From an uncultured delta proteobacterium (lineage in GTDB: Bacteria > Desulfobacterota > Binatia > UBA9968), in NCBI GenBank assembly GCA_963727625.1, contig CAVSHR010000010.1, positions 1 through 39,782 of the forward strand: 39,782 bases of DNA, in the 5' to 3' direction. Shown here piece by piece: positions 20,061 to 36,200 of this stretch; positions within the stretch are counted from its first letter, which is position 1, and each line of letters opens with the position of its first letter. Under the pieces are notes generated by a model. The model made no database searches. It worked only from the letters and a program-made list of their open reading frames with translations, and had not been told where the DNA came from. The position numbers and the translations under genes were made by a program.

Positions 20061-20089
20061 CTTGAACGTTGAACCTTGAACTCTTGAAC
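20061..20089 (+). repeat. Tandem heptamer array (C/G)TTGAAC x4
   Basis: CTTGAAC GTTGAAC CTTGAAC T CTTGAAC. Confidence 0.8.
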
Positions 20090-20122
20090 GTTCCTTAGGA
20101 CATATTGTTAGGGAGGTTTATC

Positions 20123-21115
20123 ATGGAGAAATTGTTCTTAACCGTCGCCTGCGGCGACTACGATCGAACCAAGCCGCTGCAGGACGGCTCGGTGGAGCCG
20201 GAAGGGATCAAACTCAATTACGTCGCGATGCAGTCGGAAGAAATTTTTTGGCGCATGGGTCACTACCGAGAATTCGACGTCTCGGAAATGTCCTTGTCCA
20301 ACCATATCACCATGCTCGGACGCGGCGACTCCCCTTTTGTCGGCATCCCGATCTTCCCTTCTCGCTTTTTCAGACATTCGTCCGTCTACTACAACGTCGA
20401 CTCGGGCATAAAGAAGCCCGAGGACTTCAAGGGCAAAAAAGTCGGCACTCCGGAGTACGCGATGACCGCCGCCGTATGGATTCGCGGTTTTTTCAGCGAC
20501 GACTACGGCGTGCGCCCGCAAGACATGAAGTGGCATCTCGGCGGCCAGGAAGTACCGGGCCGGAAGGAACGGGTCAAGCTCGAACTGCCGTCGGAAATTT
20601 CCGTCCAATCGATTCCCGACGACCGGACTCTTAACAGCATGCTGGAATCCGGGGAAATCGATGCACTGATTTCGGCTCGCAGCCCCGCCGGTCTCGCCAA
20701 CGGCTCGGGAAAAATCCGGCGGCTATTTCCCAACTACAAGGAAGTGGAAGTCGAGTATTACCGGCGCTCCAAGATTTTTCCCATCATGCATATTCTGGTG
20801 ATTCGCAAGGACATGTATGAAAAGCACCCCTGGGTTGCGCGGAGCCTCTACAAGGCATTTTGTGAGGCCAAGAACCGCGCATTTCAAACCATGCATATTT
20901 CCAACGCTCATGCTTACGCGCTTCCCTGGCTCGCGTGGGAAAGAGAGCAGCTCAGAGAAATATTCGGCCCGGATTGGTGGCCCTACGGTATCGAGCCCAA
21001 CCGCCATGTGCTCGAAGCTCTGATCCGTTACATGGGAGAGCAGGGACTTTTGAAAAAACCGTTTAAAGTGGAAGAGATATTTGCGCCGAGCGCGGTGGGA
21101 GAATTTAAACTCTAG
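20123..21115 (+). CDS. 4,5-dihydroxyphthalate decarboxylase-like protein (periplasmic-binding-protein fold, no signal peptide)
   Basis: ACGDYDRT, EFDVSEMSLS, IFPSRFFRHS, PEYAMTAAVW.RG, IFPIMH, WWPYG..PNR. RBS GGAGG before ATG 20123. Confidence 0.88.
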   Translation: MEKLFLTVACGDYDRTKPLQDGSVEPEGIKLNYVAMQSEEIFWRMGHYREFDVSEMSLSNHITMLGRGDSPFVGIPIFPSRFFRHSSVYYNVDSGIKKPEDFKGKKVGTPEYAMTAAVWIRGFFSDDYGVRPQDMKWHLGGQEVPGRKERVKLELPSEISVQSIPDDRTLNSMLESGEIDALISARSPAGLANGSGKIRRLFPNYKEVEVEYYRRSKIFPIMHILVIRKDMYEKHPWVARSLYKAFCEAKNRAFQTMHISNAHAYALPWLAWEREQLREIFGPDWWPYGIEPNRHVLEALIRYMGEQGLLKKPFKVEEIFAPSAVGEFKL

Positions 21116-21117
21116 GA

Positions 21118-21192
21118 AGGCATTAGGCAATAGTAGGAACCCGCCATGCGACGTTTTGCCAATCTTTTACTTCTTGCTGTTGCCTAATGCCT
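21118..21192 (+). repeat. Intergenic inverted repeat, 22-bp stem built on AGGCA(T/A)T heptamers
   Basis: AGGCATTAGGCAATAGTAGGAA (21118-21139) pairs with TTCTTGCTGTTGCCTAATGCCT (21171-21192), with three G-U pairs on the + strand. Confidence 0.85.
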
Positions 21193-21642
21193 GTTGTGTC
21201 ACGCCTCACGCCTCGCGCCTCACGCCTTCCCCAGCGTGCCTCACGCCTGATCGGCTCCGCCCGCGTCGCCCATTTGGCGACGGCAGACAAAACTGGCCAG
21301 CCCCATGTCATCCCTATCTGCTTCGTCTTCGACGGCAAATGTTTCTATTCGCCCATCGACGAGAAACCCAAGCGCGCCGCGCCGCGCGAGCTCAAACGCC
21401 TGCGCAACATCAGAGAAAATCCGCAAGTCTCACTGGTGATCGATCACTACGATGAAAATTGGTCCAAACTTGCCTACGTTCTTATTTCCGGCAAGGCGGG
21501 GATTCTATCGAGTGGGAAAAAACACCAAGAGGCCATTCGTCGGTTGCGCCGGAAGTACCCGCATTATCGCCGCATGGCGCTGGAACAACGCCCCATGATC
21601 TGGGTCACAGCAACGAAAATTGTCACCTGGGGCGCAATTTGA
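21187..21642 (+). CDS. PPOX-class (pyridoxamine 5'-phosphate oxidase-like, putative F420-dependent, Rv0121-like) protein
   Basis: ARVAHLATAD..GQPHVIPICF, SPIDEKPK, LKRLRNI.ENPQVSLVIDHYDENWSKL, L.RKYP.Y. Start codon uncertain. Confidence 0.88.
   Translation: MPVVSRLTPRASRLPQRASRLIGSARVAHLATADKTGQPHVIPICFVFDGKCFYSPIDEKPKRAAPRELKRLRNIRENPQVSLVIDHYDENWSKLAYVLISGKAGILSSGKKHQEAIRRLRRKYPHYRRMALEQRPMIWVTATKIVTWGAI
21199..21247 (+). repeat. Tandem heptamer array TCACGCC in the 5' end of the PPOX gene
   Basis: TCACGCC TCACGCC TCGCGCC TCACGCC, two degenerate units, then TCACGCC in register at 21241. Confidence 0.8.
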
Positions 21643-21659
21643 AGTGAACTGCCGGCGGC

Positions 21660-23048
21660 TCAGTTGATCCCAAGAGTTTTAATTAACCGTAAAAAATATT
21701 TTTCGTGCAGTCCCAATATCTTGGCAGCTGCAGCCCGGTTGCCATGGGACTGAGCCAACGCCTGCACCGCTAGGTTTCGACGCGTTGATTCCATGGCCTC
21801 GCGATAGGAAAGATTTTGCAAGCTGGGCGATTGCGGTTGAGCGGCACCGATTCGCCCTGGCAGATCATCGATCGTCAAATGGGGACCGTTGCCAAGGACC
21901 ACGGCACGCTCGATGACGTTGGCGAGCTCACGGACGTTTCCCGGCCAGTGATAAGCTGTCAGTTTTGCCTGCAGGTCGTCCGCCAACTCGGTGAAATTCT
22001 TCTTCGACTCAGCGGCAAATCGCCGGAGAAAGTGCTGCGCCAACGGCCCGATGTCATCGGCTCTTTGGCGCAGGGGCGGCAACGTAATCGCAATCACGTT
22101 GAGCCGATGGTAGAGATCTTCGCGAAAGCGGTTTTCTTTGACGGCGCTCTCCAACTCCCGATTGGTCGCGGCGACGATTCTCACATCCACGCGGATCGAA
22201 TCGCGCCCGCCGACCCGGTCGAATTCCCGCTCCTGGAGAAAGCGCAAGAGCTTGGCCTGCAGCTCCGCCGACATATCGCCGATCTCGTCGAGAAAAACGG
22301 TGCCACCGTTGGCCAGCTCCATCTTGCCTTTCTTGAGCTGGTCGGCGCCGGTGAACGCGCCCTTTTCGTGGCCGAATAGCTCGCTTTCCAAGAGTTCTTT
22401 CGCCAAGCCGACGCAATTGATCGCCACGAAAGGCTGCTGCCTTCTCTCGCTCCAATTGTGAATAGCGCGGGCGAATATTTCTTTCCCCGTGCCGCTTTCT
22501 CCCAACAGCAATACCGTGGCAGTGCTCGCCGCCGCCTTACGCGCTGTATCCACTGCTTCGGCCATTGGTTGACTCTCGCCGACGATCAACCGATGGCGAT
22601 TGTCGGTTTCTTCCGAGAGCAATTCCCAACTCCGTTTCAGCGCCTCGCTTTCAAGGGCCTTGCGCACGACGATGTCGAAGTGACTGGCATCGAGAGGCTT
22701 GGTGATAAAATCAGATGCCCCTTCTTTCATCGCCTCCACCGCGCTTTCGATGGAACCGTGGGCGGTGATCACGACGACGGGAAATGAGGCCCTTGCCGCG
22801 CGCAAGCGGCGCAGCACCTCGATGCCGCCCATCTTGGGCATCTGCAGGTCCAGCAGCATCAACGCCGGCTCGTGCTTCTTGATCTCCGTCAGCGCTTCCT
22901 GGCCGTCGGCGGCCAATGCAACCTCGCACCCCAAAGCCCGCAGACGCACCTGCAACAGACGGCGCGCCGGCGCGTCATCGTCGACGATCAAAACTCTTAC
23001 ACCCGCGATTGTCATTTTCGGGAAAATTAAGTTTTCAGATTCAAACAA
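21660..23048 (-). CDS. sigma54-dependent NtrC/AtoC-family response regulator (REC-AAA+-HTH)
   Basis: LIVDDD and LDLQMP receiver, GESGTGKE, ESELFGHEKGAFTGA, FLDEIG, WPGNVREL, C-terminal HTH. True start may be ATG 23015. Confidence 0.95.
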   Translation of the reverse strand: MFESENLIFPKMTIAGVRVLIVDDDAPARRLLQVRLRALGCEVALAADGQEALTEIKKHEPALMLLDLQMPKMGGIEVLRRLRAARASFPVVVITAHGSIESAVEAMKEGASDFITKPLDASHFDIVVRKALESEALKRSWELLSEETDNRHRLIVGESQPMAEAVDTARKAAASTATVLLLGESGTGKEIFARAIHNWSERRQQPFVAINCVGLAKELLESELFGHEKGAFTGADQLKKGKMELANGGTVFLDEIGDMSAELQAKLLRFLQEREFDRVGGRDSIRVDVRIVAATNRELESAVKENRFREDLYHRLNVIAITLPPLRQRADDIGPLAQHFLRRFAAESKKNFTELADDLQAKLTAYHWPGNVRELANVIERAVVLGNGPHLTIDDLPGRIGAAQPQSPSLQNLSYREAMESTRRNLAVQALAQSHGNRAAAAKILGLHEKYFLRLIKTLGIN

Positions 23049-23074
23049 ATTGTTGCGCTAAGTCCGCTTTGAAC

Positions 23075-23230
23075 AAATGCGAAATCCTAATATCGAAATC
23101 CGAAACAAAGGGGCAGCCAAATAAATCCAAAAGCAGTGAAAACTCAAGATGCTGCCTGAGAACGGTCATGTTTGGAACAGTGAGAGTTCTGAACATTTGT
23201 ATTCGTTTCGAATTTCGTGCTTCGAAGTTT
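23075..23230. repeat. Imperfect heptamer-based inverted repeat without cargo gene
   Basis: Left arm AAATGCG AAATCCT AATATCG AAATCCG AAAC (23075-23106). Right arm G TTTCGAA TTTCGTG CTTCGAA GTTT (23205-23230). Confidence 0.7.
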
Positions 23231-23242
23231 TGTCCAGAGTCT

Positions 23243-23608
23243 TTACTTCAAATGACGGCCGATTTCGGCAAGAAAGATCGTCTTGTCGATGGGTTTGGTG
23301 ACATAGCCGCTGCAGCCGGCAGCCAGCGCCTTATCGCGGTCTCCCGCCATGGCGTACGAGGTCACGGCAATCACCGGGATTTCGGCCGTCGCCGGCTCGG
23401 CCCGCAGCTTGGTCGTGGCTTCCAATCCATCCATACCCGGCAGTTGGATATCCATCACGATAAGATCGAACGGCTCCGTCTTAAGGATCTCAAAAGCCTC
23501 CAGCGCGCTGGTCGCTTCGCGCACCTGATAGCCCTGCGAACGAAGCAGAAACATCGCCAGACGTCGATTCACCGGATTATCTTCAACGAGCAATATCTTC
23601 TTATCCAT
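23243..23608 (-). CDS. Single-domain response regulator (DivK/CheY-like)
   Basis: ILLVEDN, MDIQLPGMDG, AVTSYAM.GD, YVTKPID. Confidence 0.95.
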   Translation of the reverse strand: MDKKILLVEDNPVNRRLAMFLLRSQGYQVREATSALEAFEILKTEPFDLIVMDIQLPGMDGLEATTKLRAEPATAEIPVIAVTSYAMAGDRDKALAAGCSGYVTKPIDKTIFLAEIGRHLK

Positions 23609-23619
23609 CGCAACTCTCT

Positions 23620-23650
23620 ATTTTGGATTTTAGATTTTAGATTTTGGATT
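23620..23650. repeat. Heptamer array ATTTT(G/A)G x4.4, left arm of the inverted repeat around the four-helix-bundle gene
   Basis: ATTTTGG ATTTTAG ATTTTAG ATTTTGG ATT. Confidence 0.92.
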
Positions 23651-23668
23651 CAACGGACAATCGCGAGA

Positions 23669-24019
23669 TCATCGTCCTCGAAGGGTTTTTATGGATGCGA
23701 CTACCATTGCGACGATTTCGTTAGTTTCCTTCAATAACAATTTGACACGAGAGGGCTCGACAATTTTCGATTCTATGAGCAGCTCCAGCCAGTAGACGGT
23801 TTCATCTGCCTCTTCCTCAACGATCGCGAGTTTAGAGATGACGTCAGCTTTCGATTTTCCACGGCATGCTGCCCTGTAATTTGCGCCGATGGAGGTGCCC
23901 GAACGAAGTAGCTGCCTGCCAATTACATCTGCTGTTCGCCCTCTGGATAGCGATTCAACCAACCCTATAATTTCCAACGCCAATTGCCTTGTTCGGGCCT
24001 TAAATTGTTCTTCGTTCAT
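23669..24019 (-). CDS. Four-helix-bundle protein (23S rRNA IVS-protein family; Avd-like fold)
   Basis: QLLRSGTSIGANYRAA, D.ISKL.IVEEEADET.YWLELL, E..E...M..ASIKT. Confidence 0.93.
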   Translation of the reverse strand: MNEEQFKARTRQLALEIIGLVESLSRGRTADVIGRQLLRSGTSIGANYRAACRGKSKADVISKLAIVEEEADETVYWLELLIESKIVEPSRVKLLLKETNEIVAMVVASIKTLRGR

Positions 24020-24109
24020 CCTGTAATTGCGTAATTTAAAATCGAAAATCAGTCCCGAATATGGATTGTCAAGACTCCGCTAGTCATCACGTTCATTTTT
24101 CCTATCCCC

Positions 24110-24139
24110 AATCCAAAATCCAAAATCGAAAATCCAAAA

Positions 24140-24140
<1 letters not shown>
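24110..24140. repeat. Heptamer array AATC(C/G)AA x4.4, right arm of the inverted repeat
   Basis: AATCCAAAATCCAAAATCGAAAATCCAAAAT. Its reverse complement matches 23620-23650 at 29/31 positions. Confidence 0.92.
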
Positions 24141-32267
<8,127 letters not shown>

Positions 32268-32350
32268 TTCGGATCTCCCGAGGCCGGATAGTTGGGTTCT
32301 TTTGAGTTTACGGCCAACGAGCGCTCACCACAGAGACACAGAGTTCGTGT

Positions 32351-32412
32351 GTTTCGACAGGCTCACCATGAGCACGATCTCCACAGCCGCGCATCCTGAG
32401 CATAGTCAAAGG
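32351..32412. repeat. Degenerate REP-like palindrome (TTCGACAGGCTCA...TGAGCATAGTCAAA), preceded by CACAGAG repeats
   Basis: Imperfect arms at 32353-32365 and 32397-32410, upstream of the kinase start. Confidence 0.5.
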
Positions 32413-32788
32413 GTATTTCCCCAGCTTTTCCGCGGCCGTTTTCGTATGGTTCGAGAGCCTACTGACCTCGAACTTTTGTGTCAACATCATGTTTTGCTCG
32501 TGCCAGTTCTAGCACAACGTCGGCGCCTTCGCCTCGATCTGAACTCTCGCCTCCGGCTTGATCGCCCCGACGGTAGCGAGAAACTTCGGCTGGGTCATGC
32601 TGGTGCTGAGATACCTCCAACGCATACCCTCGATCAGCGTTTTAGTCATTGCCGTTCGTTCGTGGTTAGATTTTCTCACTGGCTAGTCCAAAACCGTCTA
32701 CATTGAGCTCGGCTTGGTGGACGACACTGGTCCCGCCTATTCCGTTATCTCCATAGGGTGCGAATTTTTTCTCGCCTCGCTTCACGGC

Positions 32789-33265
32789 CTAAGCCGCCAT
32801 GCCCGGATGGATCAGCAACACAGGCGACAGAGCCGGCCGCTTGAGAAGATCAGACAGCGAGTTGCGGCCGTTGAGAAAGCCTGCGATCCGCTGCGCTATA
32901 CCTGCGCGGGTCAAGATCAGATGAATATCGCCCTTCGCCGCATAATCATGAACAGCGTTCCGCAAGCTCCCGGCATAAAGATTCACCGTCACTTCGACCC
33001 CCTTGGCGGGCAGAATCTTCGAGGCTGGCTCGATTCGCTCCCGGGCTTTTTGCAGGTTGGCCTCCCAGGTGTAATAGCGGGCCAACCTTTTCCCCGCTTC
33101 GATCGCCCTACGGCCGAACTCCTCGTTGGACCAACACAGCCCTTCCACAGGATAGGGCACCATGAAGACCACCTTCATGCCGGGTCGAGCGACTTTCTCG
33201 ACGTAGGGAATCAAATCTTCCGCTCGATCGTTTCGCGTCATCGGCACCAATATTTGTTCGCTCAT
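32789..33265 (-). CDS. Universal stress protein (USP)-like protein
   Basis: N-terminal ILVP strand and C-terminal PVLLI strand, ~158 aa. RBS AAGGTGG before ATG 33265. Confidence 0.65.
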   Translation of the reverse strand: MSEQILVPMTRNDRAEDLIPYVEKVARPGMKVVFMVPYPVEGLCWSNEEFGRRAIEAGKRLARYYTWEANLQKARERIEPASKILPAKGVEVTVNLYAGSLRNAVHDYAAKGDIHLILTRAGIAQRIAGFLNGRNSLSDLLKRPALSPVLLIHPGMAA

Positions 33266-33303
33266 GGCTCGGTCCACCTTTCGTCTGTGTCAACCAGACC
33301 TAG

Positions 33304-33320
33304 AGCAACCAGCGCGCCAA
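33304..33320 (-). promoter_or_regulatory. sigma54 (-24/-12) promoter
   Basis: TTGGCGCGCTGGTTGCT has GG-N10-GC spacing and fits TGGCAC-N5-TTGCW. It lies ~40 nt upstream of the USP-like start. Confidence 0.75.
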
Positions 33321-33614
33321 CACCCAGGGACCTGCAGGCAATCAAGTAAACTTATTGAATTGACAAGGAAATTTCTTTTGGAGGATTCGGGCGATGAGCC
33401 AAGGACTCCGCAGAGGGAACCTTTATCTTACCTTCGGCGACCCGAGGGTCATAGAAAAGTTACGCCTTGCCAGCGTGGAGTCTACGAGGGGTGAAAAGAA
33501 GAATTAAGCCGTGTCTTTTACCGTGGCGAACACGAAAATATCAACCGGTGTATCCGCCAGATTCGAACTGATTCTACAGCGTGCAGAAGGCAGCTGAGAC
33601 CGGAAATCACAAGC

Positions 33615-33651
33615 TTGAGATGTATGCCTATATCATTTAATATGTATACAT
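33615..33651 (+). promoter_or_regulatory. TA operon promoter with palindromic operator
   Basis: TTGAGA-N17-TAATAT (33615-33643). Perfect palindrome ATGTATACAT 33642-33651 and degenerate copy ATGTATGCCT 33620-33629. Confidence 0.65.
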
Positions 33652-33679
33652 TATCGCCGGGGATTCGTGTGGAGGCAAA

Positions 33680-33883
33680 ATGCCAGAGAAAGCGAGATTG
33701 AAACGCAAATCCTATTTTGTCGATGAGCGCGCGCTTAACCGCGCCAAAAAAGCTCTTGGGGTAAAAACCGAGGCGGAGGTTATCCGCTTATCGGTCGAGC
33801 GTGTCGCCGAAATGGAGGAATTTTGGGAGTTTATGAAAAAAACTCGCCGGTCGCTCAAGCCTGGAAGCGTGGAGAAATCCTAA
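33680..33883 (+). CDS. Type II antitoxin, VapB-like (ribbon-helix-helix)
   Basis: KRKSYFVDERALNRAKKALGVKTEAEVIRLS. RBS GGAGG. Ends 1 nt before a PIN gene. Confidence 0.8.
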   Translation: MPEKARLKRKSYFVDERALNRAKKALGVKTEAEVIRLSVERVAEMEEFWEFMKKTRRSLKPGSVEKS

Positions 33884-33884
33884 G

Positions 33885-34301
33885 TTGGCCTTAGCCATTC
33901 TGGATACTAGTATTTATATCGATCACTGGGAACGCGGGTTATACCAGGACACACTGGAGAATCTCAGGCGAGCCTACATTATTCGCCATTCAGCAGTGGT
34001 CCTATCAGAGCTTCGGCGCGGAGCTCGCGGGCGTGACGCCGAGCGACTGGTCGCCAACCTTTTTGAATTGGCCACTGTCCGATGGCAACCTTCGGTGGCC
34101 GACTGGTGGGAGGCAGGCCGGCTTGTCCGAAACATCGGTGACAAGCAAAACTGGAACATAAACAAGCGGCGAGACTTCCAAAACGATGCTTTGATTGCAC
34201 TCACTGCGCGACGCCACGGAGCAACCGTGGTTACCGCCAATAGATCAGATTTCGAGTTGCTTCGATCGGCGCTGCGAATTTCAGTTCTCCTCGCTAGGTA
34301 A
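33885..34301 (+). CDS. PIN-domain toxin, VapC-like
   Basis: ILDTSIYI, VLSELRRG, NDALIA.TA, VTAN.SDF acidic PIN motif. Confidence 0.9.
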   Translation: MALAILDTSIYIDHWERGLYQDTLENLRRAYIIRHSAVVLSELRRGARGRDAERLVANLFELATVRWQPSVADWWEAGRLVRNIGDKQNWNINKRRDFQNDALIALTARRHGATVVTANRSDFELLRSALRISVLLAR

Positions 34302-34375
34302 AGACTCCACGACTCCCGGCAACGATAAGAGAAAGGTTGCTCGGGGCGACTTTCCTACGGTCGCACCGATTCGGG

Positions 34376-34570
34376 TCAATCCGTCGCCTTATCGGCGTTG
34401 GCCCGAATCCAGTCCTTAAGTCCTTTCTCTTCATCGTCCTTATGGGAGTGATGAACTTTGGCGTGGAGCCAGCCCAATTCGACGACTTCGTCCAAGCTGC
34501 CGGAAATAGTCACTGTGCAGCCCTGTTCGCTGGGGTGTTTTCTGCAGTCCACTTTGTATCGCTCGGCCAT
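34376..34570 (-). CDS. DUF1059-like small metal-binding protein
   Basis: VDCR..P....C...ISG...EV......HA...H. RBS GAGGAGG before ATG 34570. Confidence 0.8.
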   Translation of the reverse strand: MAERYKVDCRKHPSEQGCTVTISGSLDEVVELGWLHAKVHHSHKDDEEKGLKDWIRANADKATD

Positions 34571-34644
34571 AAATTGTCCTCCTCTTGGCAATAATACAAC
34601 TTACACGGCGTCTTAGACAGCTGTCGTTTTCGGACATGTATCTC

Positions 34645-35085
34645 TTACGAAACCTTCTCCCAGTAATCTATGAATAAGTCTTTTCCAGTCGCCTTGAGTT
34701 TGTCCCCGTCAAACTCCACGGTGATGGAAAGTGTCTTCTCGAAGGGCTGTGGTAGAGCGAAGCTGAGACGGGCTCCAAGGATTGGTATTGGGGATTTGGC
34801 CGTGTTGTTTGACAGGTCATAGCTGATTCCTTTGCCACTGATCTCGTCGTTCACGATCAAGTACTCTGGAGTCTCGGAGTACTCCTCATCGGTCAGCGTG
34901 TAGCGGGCAACCTAGCACTCCGAGTAAAACTTGCCGTTCTCTTTCCAGAGGACGCTGAAATTCCGGAATGTTTTGGTGTAAGTGATCATACCCTTCAGAG
35001 CCGGCGGAAACTGGACCGTGCCGCCGGGAAGCTCCCGGCGAACCAACTGGTAAGTGCCCTCGATGTTTGTTACGGCCATAACCAT
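34645..35085 (-). pseudogene. 146-codon lipocalin-like ORF interrupted by an in-frame TAG at codon 58
   Basis: RBS GGAGG, then MVMAVTNIEGTYQLVRRELPGG...KGMITYT...FYSEC*VARYTLTDEEYSETPEYLIVNDE...WEKVS in one frame. TAG at 34912-34914. Confidence 0.75.
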
Positions 35086-35269
35086 TTTCCTCCAAGAGTT
35101 GATTGCGACGTCGCGAGGATGTCTGTTGCGGCCCGATTGAATCAGTTTTTCGTAGTTCCGCCACAGATCAATTTCCCCGTCCGCTGGAGCACGAGCAGGT
35201 GCTGAAACCTAATACCCTTCACCTGACGCCTCGCTTTCATAGCTCCGCAGCGTGCTCATGATGAGTGCT

Positions 35270-35590
35270 TCAGGCACCCGGCGGGCGAAGGCCCTGGCTT
35301 TTTTGTGCCGCCTGGTCCATCTCTTCAGGCGTAACGAGAACCGTCGCTTTGACATGTACCGCCCCGGCGGCATTGGCAGCGAGTGACAGCGCGGCGGCGC
35401 TCACGTTATCCGGAAAATCCGCAACCGCGTAGACATCGGCGTCGCCAAACGCAAAATACAACGTCTCCAATTTACCGCCGACAGCGCCGAAGAGCTTGTC
35501 CACGGTTTGCCGCCGCTTGGTGCCTCCTTCACTGATAAGTCCCTTGATCCCGTCCCTGGTAAAAGACACCTGCATAAGAAACTTGGCCAT
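35270..35590 (-). CDS. GYD-domain protein
   Basis: SFT.DG.KGL, GGKLE..YFAFGDADVY, T.L.TPEEMD. RBS GGAGG. Confidence 0.88.
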   Translation of the reverse strand: MAKFLMQVSFTRDGIKGLISEGGTKRRQTVDKLFGAVGGKLETLYFAFGDADVYAVADFPDNVSAAALSLAANAAGAVHVKATVLVTPEEMDQAAQKSQGLRPPGA

Positions 35591-35713
35591 AAAGTCCTCC
35601 CTAGTTTCGATACTGTTTTTATTCGTCGCGTGGTCCCCGCTAGCGGGAACGGCGACACCCGGTTCGCTTGAAGTTGCTCGAAACGGTTCAGCTCGGTACC
35701 GGTCCAGCCAGCA

Positions 35714-35998
35714 TTAGACCATCTTGCGCATCTCTCCGATCGAGAAAGCGCGGACAAATTTCATTTTCACGTTGCCTAACGACTGGGTGCTCGCCATGAA
35801 TTTGTGAATTGGTTCAGGGCTCTCCGCTTCGACGACAATCGCGGCGTCGTGCGAGCCGCCCGGCGTATAAAAGAGGTCTTTGACCTGGACGCCCAGCTTC
35901 GCCGCTTCGGCCTTGGACGCCTCGGCTCGATTTGGCGAATCTTTGATCCCGCGCCGGCCTTGATCGGTATAGTCCACTAAAATAACTCCCCTAGGCAT
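35714..35998 (-). CDS. GYD-domain protein (second, divergent copy)
   Basis: YTDQG..GIKDSP.R, FYTPGGSHD, GNV.....RAF...EM. RBS AGGAGG. Confidence 0.85.
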   Translation of the reverse strand: MPRGVILVDYTDQGRRGIKDSPNRAEASKAEAAKLGVQVKDLFYTPGGSHDAAIVVEAESPEPIHKFMASTQSLGNVKMKFVRAFSIGEMRKMV

Positions 35999-36132
35999 AA
36001 AGCACCTCCTTCAAAAATTCTTAAGACACTCGTTCCCTTGCGAATGACCACGAAACCTATCTAGATTCGCAACGCAGCTCTTTTCAACTGAGGTCAAAAG
36101 AAGACCTGAGCTGCCCCGATTAAGACTTCCGG

Positions 36133-36182
36133 AAACAAAAAAGCCAGCGCACTCCGGCACCGGGTGACCAGAGCGGCTGGCT
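36133..36182 (-). terminator. Intrinsic terminator in the leader upstream of the GYD genes
   Basis: AGCCAGC-CGCTCTGG...CCGGAGTG-C-GCTGGCT stem, with G-U pairs valid only on the minus strand, followed by TTTTTGTTT. Confidence 0.8.
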
Positions 36183-36200
36183 CTAAACTCTTCCGCACAT
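36183..36200 (-). other. Candidate 5-aa leader peptide MCGRV
   Basis: GGAGG-N5-ATG TGC GGA AGA GTT TAG. The stop codon directly abuts the terminator stem. Confidence 0.5.

Noticed and set aside
17027-23737. Long alternative-frame or antisense ORFs (e.g. 17027..17920, 22916..23737; likewise 29516..30310 and 32086..33349)
   Set aside because: They overlap well-supported genes, lack motifs, and are expected shadows in GC-rich coding DNA.
32490-32649. Second sigma54 promoter (TGGCACG at ~32500) and a 46-aa ORF 32509..32649 on the minus strand
   Set aside because: No GC at the -12 position. The ORF has no clear RBS or recognisable motif.
34912-34914. Pyrrolysine recoding of the in-frame TAG
   Set aside because: No pyl genes in the window and the protein is not a methylamine methyltransferase. 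A nonsense mutation or base error is simpler.
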